From a virus (taxonomy: Duplodnaviria; Caudoviricetes): a stretch of DNA of 64,000 nt. The position numbers were made by a program, and so were the translations under genes. Under the pieces are notes generated by a model. It searched no databases, was not told the origin of the DNA, and worked only from the letters and a program-made list of their open reading frames with translations. Location of the stretch: the IMG/VR virus record IMGVR_UViG_3300037878_000134, positions 16,139 to 80,138 of that record; one strand, written 5' to 3'. Shown in pieces: positions 26,587-35,886 of this stretch. Each line of letters opens with the position of its first letter. Position 1 is the stretch's first letter.

Positions 26587-27372
26587 ATGAGACGCAACAT
26601 GTTCGAGCTTCTCCGCGATCGCTACCCGGCGCAGTCCTACGCGTTGTTTCGGGAGGTCCAATCTGCAACGGCCTACCAGGGCAGACAACGCGCCGACGCC
26701 GTGGCAATGGGTTTGTGGCCGTCCCGCGGGCTCGACATGATCGGCTTTGAATTCAAGGCCCATCGGGGGGACTGGCTGCGTGAGCTGGGGCATCCCAGGA
26801 AAGCAGAGGAGATCTTCCAGTATTGCGATCGTTGGTATCTCGTCGCGCACCCGGGCGTCGCCCAGGCTGCGGAGATTCCGACCACTTGGGGCTGGCTGAT
26901 TGCGGAAGAACGTCTGGAAGAGGCCAAGCAGGCTCCGCAGTTGCAGCCGAAACCGATCGGAAGAGAATTTCTGGCCTCCCTCTTGCGCTCAGCACAGACG
27001 GACCGCGATCGCCCAGCGAAAGAGATACGCCTCGCGCTAGCCGGTGAAATACGTCGAGAAGTGGCGGAGGAGTCAGAGAGGGTGCTCAACCAGCTTCGCG
27101 AGCAAATCACGACCGACGGCGAGCAACACCGCAAGCAGATCCAACACATCGAAAGCGCGCTCGGTGTGAGTCTTAGTGGCTGGAATCTCCCCGTAGAGAC
27201 GGTGGGCGCGGCGCTGGGCCTCGTGATGGATGACTCAGGTGGGCTGTTGCAACGTTTTTCCCGTGCAAAGGGCATAATCGCCGATTTGCTGACCAGCATC
27301 GAGGACGCGGAAACCGAGCTTGGCGGCCTCTGTAAAGCACAAGCGCGGCAAGGCGCCGAGGTAACACCATGA
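26587..27372 (+). CDS. MmcB-like PD-(D/E)XK endonuclease
   Basis: FREV...RADAVAMGLWPSRG...GFEFKAHRGDWLREL..P.KAEEIFQYCDRWYLV. Confidence 0.75.
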   Translation: MRRNMFELLRDRYPAQSYALFREVQSATAYQGRQRADAVAMGLWPSRGLDMIGFEFKAHRGDWLRELGHPRKAEEIFQYCDRWYLVAHPGVAQAAEIPTTWGWLIAEERLEEAKQAPQLQPKPIGREFLASLLRSAQTDRDRPAKEIRLALAGEIRREVAEESERVLNQLREQITTDGEQHRKQIQHIESALGVSLSGWNLPVETVGAALGLVMDDSGGLLQRFSRAKGIIADLLTSIEDAETELGGLCKAQARQGAEVTP

Positions 27373-27584
27373 AGTCCATCGTTTTCCTGCGGAGTCTCCT
27401 CCGGTTTCTCGCGGGCCTCCCCTGCCTCTTTGGCCGCCACCGCTGGACCGAGGCGTTCATGCTCGAGCGGCCCCACCTGGTCGTGCGCGCGTGCGAACAC
27501 TGTCCCCGCCACCAGCGCCGCGTCGGCGGCTGGTGGTGCCCGTGCGACGAGGGGGGCTCGTTCGTCCTGCAGCCGCAGAGGTAA
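27369..27584 (+). CDS. Small Cys/His-rich hypothetical protein
   Basis: ATGA overlap; CLFGRHRW...CEHC. Confidence 0.5.
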   Translation: MKSIVFLRSLLRFLAGLPCLFGRHRWTEAFMLERPHLVVRACEHCPRHQRRVGGWWCPCDEGGSFVLQPQR

Positions 27585-27590
27585 TCACCC

Positions 27591-28841
27591 ATGGACTGGG
27601 CAAACGAAAAATACGTCCGCGTCTACACCCGGGACACGACCACATGGAAGCTGCTCCCGTGGCAGGCCAAGGCGATCTTGCCGCTCATCTTCCGCAAGGT
27701 CGATCGATCCGGGCTGCTCGACCTAGGAGCCGATGGCTTGCCGGGACTCGCCGCCCTTCTCGAGATGCCAGTCGAGCTCGTGGAGGCAGGGATGCCGGAC
27801 CTGCTGCGCAGGGAGATCGTGGTCATCGAGGGAGGCACCCTCGTCGTACTGAATTTCATCGAAGCGCAGGAGACGCCATCGACCCCGGCCAGCCGTCAGA
27901 GAGACAGCAGGGAGCGCCGGCGGGACATGATCCGGCGCGGCCTGGCGCCCGAGCAACGTGGGTCCGTCGTCTACTTTTTGCAGTCCGAAGACGGCGGCCC
28001 GATCAAGATCGGTCGGAGCGACGACGTCGCCAAGCGAATCCTGCAGATGCAAATGGCACGACCGGACAAGCTCGTCCTGCTCGCAGCCGTCCCGGGCGAG
28101 TACGCGGACGAGACGAGGATCCACCGTGCCTTCGCGGCTGAGCGAGTCTACGGCGAGTGGTTCGCGGCCTCCCCTGGGCTCGTCCAGCTGGCCGGCATCG
28201 CGGCGCGCGACAACGCGATCCCCTGTGACCTGTCACGATTCGTGACCAGTCACGCTGACGCGGTAGGGTGTGACATGTCACAAAACGTGACCAGTCACAG
28301 TGACACGGCGAGGTGTGACCAGTCACGAAACGTGACCAGTCACTCTGTACTGGACTATGCTGTACCGAGATCGCCGCGCGTGGGATCCGGATCTGGATCC
28401 GATCCTCTCTCAGTTCAGGATCCGGATCCGGAGCGCGCGCGTAGCAAGTTGCCTGCCAATGAGCCGGGCAAGCCCACCGCCCGGCACGTGCTCAACCGCT
28501 TCGCGGCAATCCGGGGCGAGGTGTGCGCCACCAACGTGCTGTTCTACCAGCCCACCGAGGCGGCCGAGCAAAAGGGCGCTGCCTGGCTGAGCGAGATGCC
28601 ACGGGACGCGGTCCCAGACATCGAGCCGGCGATCCGCCTGGCCTGCGAGCACGTCAAGCGCGGCGACGAGGGATGGACCGGCCAGAAGATGGCCGACGCC
28701 AACTTTCTCTGGGGAACCGTGCTCGCGAGGTGGACCGCCCTGCGCGAGGAGTTACACGGCTGCACTCCGCGGTCGCCTCCGCAACGAGGGGACAGGGCAA
28801 CCGAACGGCAGAAGCTCATCGACTCATGGGGGAACGCATGA
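27591..28841 (+). CDS. Replication initiator (lambda O-like) with embedded T5orf172/GIY-YIG-like domain
   Basis: N-terminal MDWANEKYVRVY; VYFLQSEDGGPIKIGRS...GEWF domain; internal iterons. Confidence 0.8.
   Translation: MDWANEKYVRVYTRDTTTWKLLPWQAKAILPLIFRKVDRSGLLDLGADGLPGLAALLEMPVELVEAGMPDLLRREIVVIEGGTLVVLNFIEAQETPSTPASRQRDSRERRRDMIRRGLAPEQRGSVVYFLQSEDGGPIKIGRSDDVAKRILQMQMARPDKLVLLAAVPGEYADETRIHRAFAAERVYGEWFAASPGLVQLAGIAARDNAIPCDLSRFVTSHADAVGCDMSQNVTSHSDTARCDQSRNVTSHSVLDYAVPRSPRVGSGSGSDPLSVQDPDPERARSKLPANEPGKPTARHVLNRFAAIRGEVCATNVLFYQPTEAAEQKGAAWLSEMPRDAVPDIEPAIRLACEHVKRGDEGWTGQKMADANFLWGTVLARWTALREELHGCTPRSPPQRGDRATERQKLIDSWGNA
28225..28343. repeat. Six palindromic GTGACnnGTCAC iterons (putative origin)
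   Basis: Copies start at 28225, 28242, 28270, 28287, 28315 and 28332, with alternating 17/28-bp spacing. Confidence 0.85.
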
Positions 28842-29203
28842 CGAACAACATCGACGAGGAACAACGCAAGAAGGCACTGAGGGACGGGATGACCATGCTC
28901 GCGGCGGTGCCCGCCTACCGCTTCGAGGTCACCACAGCGACGCTCGACGTGTACTGGATGGTGCTCGGCCAGTACGACGCCCGCGTGATCAAACAGGCAT
29001 TCGAGAAGGCGATCGCCGAAGAGCGAACCTGCCCCACCCCGGCGACGATCCGTGCCCACGCGCGCGGCTTCCAGGCCGAGCAGAATCGGACGCAGCCCCG
29101 GCCCTTTCGGTACCCCACCCCCGAAGAGGAAGCCGAAATCCAGCGCGAACTGCAAAGGCTCCGCAAGGACTGGCGGGCGAACAGCTCACGCTTCCGCGAG
29201 TAA
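28838..29203 (+). CDS. Putative helicase loader/inhibitor-like replication accessory protein
   Basis: ATGA overlap with the initiator; YW..L..Y....IKQAF...CPTPATIR pattern. Confidence 0.55.
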   Translation: MTNNIDEEQRKKALRDGMTMLAAVPAYRFEVTTATLDVYWMVLGQYDARVIKQAFEKAIAEERTCPTPATIRAHARGFQAEQNRTQPRPFRYPTPEEEAEIQRELQRLRKDWRANSSRFRE

Positions 29204-29221
29204 GCGAAAGGACCGACGACG

Positions 29222-29686
29222 ATGAAGGACAAGAAAGACAAGCCCGAAATCACGACGCAGATCCTGCACTGCCGCCTCTCCACCGACGAGCTGCTGAAAT
29301 ACTCCGACCAGCTCTCCTGCGAGGTCAACGAGGTCGCCTCGCTGCAGGCCAAGAAGGCGGCCGCGGCCTCGGACTACAAGGCCAAGATCGAAGCCAAGGA
29401 AGAGATCATCACCGACCTGGCCCGCAAGGTCCGCACGAAGGAGGAAGATCGCGAGGTGGAGTGCGAGATCGTCAAGGACTGGGAGCACAAGTGCGTGCGC
29501 ACCACCAGGAGGGACACCGGCGAGGTTGTCGGCGAGCGGGCGATGACGGCGGAGGAGATGCAGCGGATGATGTTCGACAAGGACGGCAAGCCGATGCAGT
29601 TCCCGAAAGCCCAGGGCGATGAATTCGCAAGCCCAGCGGCCAAGCCCGAAGGCACCGCCGATGCCGCGCCACCCGCGCAACCCTAG
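29222..29686 (+). CDS. Conserved-looking phage hypothetical protein
   Basis: EDREVECEIV.D....TRRDTGEVVGERAMT.EEMQR pattern; RBS AGGA. Confidence 0.6.
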   Translation: MKDKKDKPEITTQILHCRLSTDELLKYSDQLSCEVNEVASLQAKKAAAASDYKAKIEAKEEIITDLARKVRTKEEDREVECEIVKDWEHKCVRTTRRDTGEVVGERAMTAEEMQRMMFDKDGKPMQFPKAQGDEFASPAAKPEGTADAAPPAQP

Positions 29687-29689
29687 GCG

Positions 29690-30376
29690 ATGTACGAGGC
29701 CGAGCCACCCACGTTCTGGGCCGAGGCCGGCGAGACCAGGAAGCCCTGGGCTCCGGACTGCGTTCTCTCTGCCATTCGCGATTGGCTGTTCGAGGCGGAA
29801 CACGCAAAGGAGCTGTCGAGCGCGGGCGAGAAGGTGATGCCCTTGCTACTCGCCGGGCCGACCAGGTGCGGGAAGACGTCGGTTGCCTGCGGTATCGCGC
29901 GCCACTTCGGGCTACCCGCACAGCGGATGGCCATCAGCTCGGTGATCGGGCAGTTCATGGGGCAGACGACCAAGGCCATGAAGAACGCCCTGGACGAGGC
30001 CTACCGGTCGCAACTGGGGGTGTGGATCATCGACGAGCTGGACGGCCTGTTCCAGCAGCGCACGGGCGGGCACGGCCCGGAGCAGGAGATGACCAGCGCG
30101 ATCTCCGTGGCCCTGGCCACCATCGAGGCGATGCCAGCCCACGTCTTGCTCGTCGGAACCACCAACGAGATCGAGCTCATCGATCGCGCGATGGTGGCGC
30201 GCTTCTGTCTCGTCGAGTGGCCCCCCTGGGAGCGACTCTGCGAGGCCGATAAGAGGCAGTTTGCCAAGTCCCACGGGTGCGAGGAGGCCTGCGACGCTCG
30301 CTCGTACTCAGGCGCCGTCCAGTGGGCGCGCCGGGCCCGGGTGCGGAAGATCGTCCAGCAGGTGGCGGAAAGGTAG
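29690..30376 (+). CDS. AAA+ ATPase
   Basis: Walker A GPTRCGKT, Walker B IIDELD, VGTTN and IDRAM..RF. Confidence 0.9.
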   Translation: MYEAEPPTFWAEAGETRKPWAPDCVLSAIRDWLFEAEHAKELSSAGEKVMPLLLAGPTRCGKTSVACGIARHFGLPAQRMAISSVIGQFMGQTTKAMKNALDEAYRSQLGVWIIDELDGLFQQRTGGHGPEQEMTSAISVALATIEAMPAHVLLVGTTNEIELIDRAMVARFCLVEWPPWERLCEADKRQFAKSHGCEEACDARSYSGAVQWARRARVRKIVQQVAER

Positions 30377-30378
30377 CC

Positions 30379-31001
30379 ATGTCCTTGTTCAGTACGATCA
30401 CGGGAAAGAAAATCGATCTCGCAGCCGAGAACCGGCGGCTACTTGATACGATCGCCAGCCTTCGCGCCCAGCTCGCCGACGAGCAGGCGCGGACGAAGCA
30501 CGCGCACCAGGTCCTCGCACTGCTCGAGCGACGCTGGCGCGAGCTGCTAACCGCGCACATCGTCCGCGACACGTGCGTAGTGTGCGGCGCTTCCCTGGAG
30601 TTGCTAGAGGAGGCGCCCCACTGCGACGACTGCAAGCCGACGAGCGATGACATGGCCGAATGGTCCGCGAAGGCATCGGAAATCAAGAGTCTCATAACGC
30701 CGGTGCGCGAGAGGCACCCCAACCCCAGGAACGCCACATGAGAGAAATCTACCACCGCGAAGGCAAGCGCCGCGACCAAGAGGCCGCTGAGCTGCTCACC
30801 AAGATGACCGTCGAAGACGTGGCGAAGGTCATGGGCATCAGCCCGTTGTCCGTGCGCACCTACGGCAAGCACATGGCCTTGTCAAAGGCACGCCAGACCG
30901 ACAACCTGCCCCGATGCCACTGCGGCTTGCTTCTGCCCTGCACCTGCACCGGGCGTCGGCGGGTCGAGGAGTTCATGGGACGCAAGGATGAGGTCTGGTG
31001 A
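30379..31001 (+). CDS. Two small ORFs (30379..30741 with CxxC; 30738..31001 HTH plus Cys motif)
   Basis: ATGA overlaps; TVEDVAKVMGISPLSVRTY HTH. Confidence 0.6.
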
Positions 31002-31528
31002 TGGCGCCAAAGCAGAAACCGGGCAAGTCGAGGCAGGACTACCGAACCCCGCCGGAACTGCTCCGCGCGATCGAGTGCGAGTTCCACGTCGAGCAGTGGG
31101 ATCGGGACTTGGCCGCCAACCAGTGGACGGCCATTCGCGCCGCGCATTCCGAGGACGAGACGACGGGCAAGCCGCATCACTTCGACCAGGTGGAGTATCT
31201 CGGGCCGGGCTCACCGATCTGCGAGGACTCATTGGCATTCGATTGGGCAAACCTTCCGGGCGAGGCGTGGCTAAACCAGCCGTTCGCGAACATCGCTCCC
31301 TGGGCCAAGAAGTGTGCGACCACGAAAAGAGATGGTCGGATTTTCCAGCTGGTGCCCGCCTCGGTCGGCTCCAACTGGTACCAGGAATACGTGCATGGGA
31401 AGGCGCATGTCGTGGCACTGAGCCCACGGGTGACCTTTGTAGGCGAGGCGCAGACGTATCCCAAGGACATCGCGCTGGCCATTTGGTCGGGCGTGCGGGG
31501 AGGGTTCTCAACCTGGCGGTGGAAGTGA
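31001..31528 (+). CDS. Phage-type N6-adenine DNA methyltransferase (Dam-like)
   Basis: QDYRTPPEL, DLAAN, WLNQPFANIAPWAKK and PRVTF motifs (NPPY variant NQPF). Confidence 0.8.
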   Translation: MAPKQKPGKSRQDYRTPPELLRAIECEFHVEQWDRDLAANQWTAIRAAHSEDETTGKPHHFDQVEYLGPGSPICEDSLAFDWANLPGEAWLNQPFANIAPWAKKCATTKRDGRIFQLVPASVGSNWYQEYVHGKAHVVALSPRVTFVGEAQTYPKDIALAIWSGVRGGFSTWRWK

Positions 31529-31737
31529 TGGTCGACTTTCTCAACAAGGCCGAATTCGAGGACGTGCGCGCCATCCGGCTGAGCGACAGTGGCGCGGGCC
31601 TTCTCTGCGGGATCAACGGCAAGGAAGTCTGGATACCGGTGTCGCAAATCGACGATGACAGCGAAGTCTTCGAGGAAGGCCACGAGGGCAAGCTGGTAGT
31701 CTCGCAGTGGATAGCCGAGCAGAAGGGTCTCGTATGA
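31528..31737 (+). CDS. Small acidic phage protein (WIPxSQI)
   Basis: TGATG overlap; KEVWIPVSQIDDDSEV. Confidence 0.6.
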   Translation: MVDFLNKAEFEDVRAIRLSDSGAGLLCGINGKEVWIPVSQIDDDSEVFEEGHEGKLVVSQWIAEQKGLV

Positions 31738-31772
31738 ACGCGACCGGCAGCCGATCCCCGAGGCGTTGACCC

Positions 31773-32753
31773 ATGACCAAACTCGGTCCGTATCCCATTC
31801 CGAGCTATCAGGTCGGCGACTGCCGCGAGCTGCTCGCGAAGCTGCCGGATGAGTGCATCGACTGCGTGGTGAGTAGCCCCCCCTACTGGGGGCTTCGCTC
31901 ATACCTACCAGAAGGAGATCCGCACAAGCACATCGAGCTTGGGACCGAGCGGACCTATCCGCAGTACGTTGAGAAGATGCGCGCGGTGTTCGAACAGGTC
32001 CGTCGTGTCCTCAAAGCCGAGGGCACGCTGTGGTTGAACCTCGGTGACTGCTACGCGACCGGCGCTGGCGCCGTGGGAGAATGCCCAGGTGGGGGAGAAC
32101 AGGGCGCGCGATGGAAAGGGAATCGCGCGACCCGCACGGGGGCGAATAGCGAGAAGCATGAACCAGCGCTGGCGCAGATGGGACCACTTACCCAACCGAA
32201 CCGGATGCCTCAGCCTGGACTCAAGCCCAAGGACTTGGTGGGCATTCCTTGGCGCGTAGCCTTCGCGTTGCAGGCTGATGGCTGGAGGCTTCGTTCGGAC
32301 ATCATCTGGTCGAAGCCCAACCCGATGCCGGAAAGCGTGCAAAGCCGCCCGACCAAGGCGCACGAGTACCTTTTTCTCTTTTCCAAGGCGGAGTCCTATT
32401 ACTACGACAGCGAATCCATCGCGGAGCAGGCGGTCAGGGCGGGGTCTATCCCCGGAGGCGGTGGTGGCCATGAGGCGGTTGGGGCCAAGCGCAATCGGCG
32501 CTCCGTCTGGACGATCCCAACCGAGCCTACGTCAGAAGCACACTTCGCGACCATGCCGACCAAGCTGGTCCAGCCCTGCATTCTGGCCGGGTGCCCCGCT
32601 GGCGGAGTAGTTCTCGATCCCTTCGGGGGCAGCGGCACGGTCGGGCGCGTAGCCGAGGACCACGGGCGGCTGTGGCTGCTGTTCGATCTCAGCCCGGCTT
32701 ATGCCGAGATCGCGAAGCGCAGGACCGCCCAGACCTCTCTTCTTCGGGGTTGA
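31773..32753 (+). CDS. N4-cytosine/N6-adenine DNA methyltransferase (beta class)
   Basis: VGDCRELL, SSPPYW, HFATMP and VLDPFGGSGT. Confidence 0.92.
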   Translation: MTKLGPYPIPSYQVGDCRELLAKLPDECIDCVVSSPPYWGLRSYLPEGDPHKHIELGTERTYPQYVEKMRAVFEQVRRVLKAEGTLWLNLGDCYATGAGAVGECPGGGEQGARWKGNRATRTGANSEKHEPALAQMGPLTQPNRMPQPGLKPKDLVGIPWRVAFALQADGWRLRSDIIWSKPNPMPESVQSRPTKAHEYLFLFSKAESYYYDSESIAEQAVRAGSIPGGGGGHEAVGAKRNRRSVWTIPTEPTSEAHFATMPTKLVQPCILAGCPAGGVVLDPFGGSGTVGRVAEDHGRLWLLFDLSPAYAEIAKRRTAQTSLLRG

Positions 32754-32772
32754 CATCGCATAGCGGAGCGAT

Positions 32773-32913
32773 ATGCTTCGCAGTGTGAAGAAGCACCTCC
32801 TGAGTTTTTCCAAGCCCGCTGACGGCTGGCTGCGCAAGGAAGCCGCCCGTCTGGGAATTCCCGTGACCGAGCTGGTTCGTCGCATCGTCGACGAAAAGCG
32901 CAAAGCTGGCTGA
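32773..32913 (+). CDS. CopG-like ribbon-helix-helix regulator (may start at GTG 32785 as a leaderless mRNA)
   Basis: KKHLLSFS...WLRKEAARLGIPVTELVRRIVDE; TTGACA-16-TATGCT promoter at 32750-32777. Confidence 0.7.
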   Translation: MLRSVKKHLLSFSKPADGWLRKEAARLGIPVTELVRRIVDEKRKAG

Positions 32914-32917
32914 GACG

Positions 32918-34789
32918 ATGGGCAAGCGCGAACAAGAAGCGTGGGAGATCTACAGACTAGATGCGCCAACGCATGCCGCTCGCCCCGTCGAGTTTTGGGA
33001 AGAGCTGAGCCCAGAATGGCAACGGCACTACCTTGCAATGCGCGACCGCCTCGCCGAGCTTTTCCGCCCCGAGTTCGTGCGGGAGACAAACGGGTCGCCT
33101 CCTCGGCCCAGCAGCCACCCGGAGCCGCAGGCCGAAGTGGCTGACAATGCGGCCAGCCTCCAAGTGTCGCCCGAAGAGCCGAAGACCGGGACGGGCCAAG
33201 GGCTCGAGAGCAAGAGCTGATGACCAACTCGAGATGGCGCGCGCTGGGCCGCGCACGGAGGCAACAGATTGCGCAGCGGATTGTGGATGTCGCTCCAGGG
33301 ATAATGGAGGGTCTCTATCTGAACATGCTTGAGCATCGCCCCGCGAAGATCGAAAGCCTCCACGCCTACAGGAGCGCCGTCCTGTCCGAACTGCAAGCCG
33401 GTGACGAAGAGTTCCCGCCGTTCTTTTTCGGGTTCGAGCTGGAAGCCATGCTCCGCGGATGGCCTCGCGATGCAGGTCGCTTCGACATCCCGATCTACGA
33501 ACACGACTGCGACAAATGCCAATACCTTGGGCAGATCTCCGGTTCTGTTACCCGCGATCTGGAGACGGACGCAGCAGTTGACGCCTACATCTGCACCGGG
33601 GCGGGCTACGCCTCGATCGCGCTTCGGCGCAGTGACGATCCCGAGGACTACACGTCGATGCCGTACTCTTGGGCCTTGAAGGGGCCGGCGCTGGCAGCCT
33701 TTCGGATCGCCATCGAACGTCTGCACTTCATTGGAGCGCCCGGGGTGCAATGAAACCCATGAAGAACAACCACGTGCCCGACCAACTGAAGCTCTACGCG
33801 GTAGTCCGGCCCGACGGCACGACGGTCAAGATTGTGACCGACGAAGAGTCAGCACGTCGGGCGATGGCGGAAGATCTGCAGAAGCAACTCAGCCCCAAAG
33901 AGTTCGAAGCGATTCGTTCATGCATGATGAAAGGAGAGCGCTCGCCAGAGGCCGATCGTCTGATTAGAACCGTCGACAGCTACAAGGTGGAGCTGGTCCA
34001 TTCCCGAAAGCTGAAAAAGGGGGAGCTAGCGCTGCTGCTCTCCGCCCAGGAAGCTGAAGAAGAAAAACCGAACGAGCACGATCGCCTGAGTTCAAGAGTG
34101 CGGAAGATCGTCAAGGCTCTAGCAAATCTCTTCGGCGACTTGAACGTCAATCCCTACGAAGCCGCGAGCGCCATGGGGTTGATCTTTACCTTCATGGCCG
34201 AGAGACAGCCCGCGAACAGGACCGCCATCGTAGGAACGCTCAGGACAACTGCGGACATCATTGAAGGGCCGGAGAGCGAGTAGCCCCGATGGCCTACGCC
34301 GAAGGAACCCTCGTCGCGGCCGAAAAATCGCGCTCCGAGATCGAGGCCCTCGTCCAGAAGTACGCTGGGCGCGATGCGGACTTCACCTACGGCAAGAGCT
34401 GCGGCCAGGCCGGCATCAGCTTCGTCGCCAAGGCACGCCGGGTGCAGTTCATGCTCCCGCTGCCCACGATGGAAGAAGCCAAGCAGGAAGCGCGAGACCG
34501 GCGGGCCCCATCGCGCGCTCCCTCGCCCGCGAGGTGCGAAGAGTGGTTGGAGAAAGAGACCCGCAGACGCTGGCGCTGCCTGCTCTTGATCATCAAAGCA
34601 AAGTTCGCCGCGGTGGAGATCTGGGAAGAGCTGGGGCAAGGCGACGCCGCCAAGACAGCCTTCGATCGGGAGTTCTTGAGCCACATCGTCAGCCAAGACG
34701 GCAAGACGATCTGGGACACGATCACGTCGATGCCCGGCCAGAAGCTCCTGACCGCGGCGCCAGACGCGGACAGCAAGAAGAGTCGATGA
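32918..34789 (+). CDS. Four hypothetical ORFs (32918..33220, 33220..33753, 33750..34283, 34289..34789)
   Basis: Overlapping or tightly packed starts and stops on the coding strand; the last resembles a common phage protein (MAYAEGT.V..EKSRSEIE). Confidence 0.55.
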
Positions 34790-35886
34790 CAAAGACCAGC
34801 ATTTCCTGGTGTCTCGGTCCCGACGGCGCGCCGGGCTTTTCGTGGAACCCCGTCGTAGGATGCTCGCCTGTCAGCGCCGGGTGCGCGCACTGCTGGGCCG
34901 CTCGCCTGGCCAGCACGCGGCTGGCACACTTGCCCGAGTACAAGGGACTGACCGAGCCAACGGTCATAATGTCCGCCAACCCGCCCGGAAGTGGCCCGGG
35001 CCCGTCAATCTGGACCGGCCAGACCCGCTTCCTGCCCGACCGCCTAGGCGAGCCGCTGCGCAGACGGCAGCCATCGGGGATCGCGGTGGGGCTGATGGGT
35101 GACATCGGCCATCCGACGATCCGAGATGTTGATAGGTTCCGCATCTGGCTAACGATGGCCAGGGCTTTTTGGCATCAGTTTTTCGTCCTCACGAAGAGAC
35201 CGGCAGAGCTTTCGCGCTTCATTGAGCGATGGTGCAGCGTAGAGGAGGACACCTTGGAGCCTCGGCTAGTGCGGGGCCCAGAAGAGGTCAGACGATGTTA
35301 CCGGAGTGAGCGGGCCAGACTCTTCGCCGACATGCTCGAAGGGATGGGAGAGCCTCCGCCTGGAGCTGCCTACCCGACGTTTGACTGGATGGAGGGCCCG
35401 AGGTGGTTCGAGGCGATCTTGGCCAACGTGGCGATCGGCGTCTCCATCGAGGACCAGGCCACGGCGAATGACCGCATGCTGGAGCTAGAAGAAACGCCGG
35501 CCGCCTTGCGCTTTATCTCGGCAGAGCCGCTTCTCGAGGATCTCCAGCGCATCGACTTGAGCGGGATTTCGTGGGTGATCGTCGGGGGAGAATCAGGGCC
35601 CAACGCCCGGCCATGTCACGTTGATTGGATCCGCTCCGTCATCAGAGAGTGTCGCGAAGCAGGCGTTGCCTGCTGGGTGAAACAACTCGGCACGAACTGC
35701 GTGGACCGCAACGACGCTGGTTTCGACGGGGCCGAAGGCGAATGGCCAGCAGGCACACGAACCCGAGGCAGCGAGAGGTTTCAGGGCGCGCCGGTGCACA
35801 TTCGCTTCCGCGACCGCGCCGGTGCCGACCCGTCCGAATGGCCCGAAGATCTCAAAGTGAGACAAACGCTGGAGGCTCGCCGATGA
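34786..35886 (+). CDS. Phage Gp37/Gp68 (DUF5131) family protein
   Basis: TSISW...WNPVVGC..VSAGCAHCWA, LTKRP, FISAEPLL and WVIVGGESGPNARP. Confidence 0.9.
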   Translation: MTKTSISWCLGPDGAPGFSWNPVVGCSPVSAGCAHCWAARLASTRLAHLPEYKGLTEPTVIMSANPPGSGPGPSIWTGQTRFLPDRLGEPLRRRQPSGIAVGLMGDIGHPTIRDVDRFRIWLTMARAFWHQFFVLTKRPAELSRFIERWCSVEEDTLEPRLVRGPEEVRRCYRSERARLFADMLEGMGEPPPGAAYPTFDWMEGPRWFEAILANVAIGVSIEDQATANDRMLELEETPAALRFISAEPLLEDLQRIDLSGISWVIVGGESGPNARPCHVDWIRSVIRECREAGVACWVKQLGTNCVDRNDAGFDGAEGEWPAGTRTRGSERFQGAPVHIRFRDRAGADPSEWPEDLKVRQTLEARR

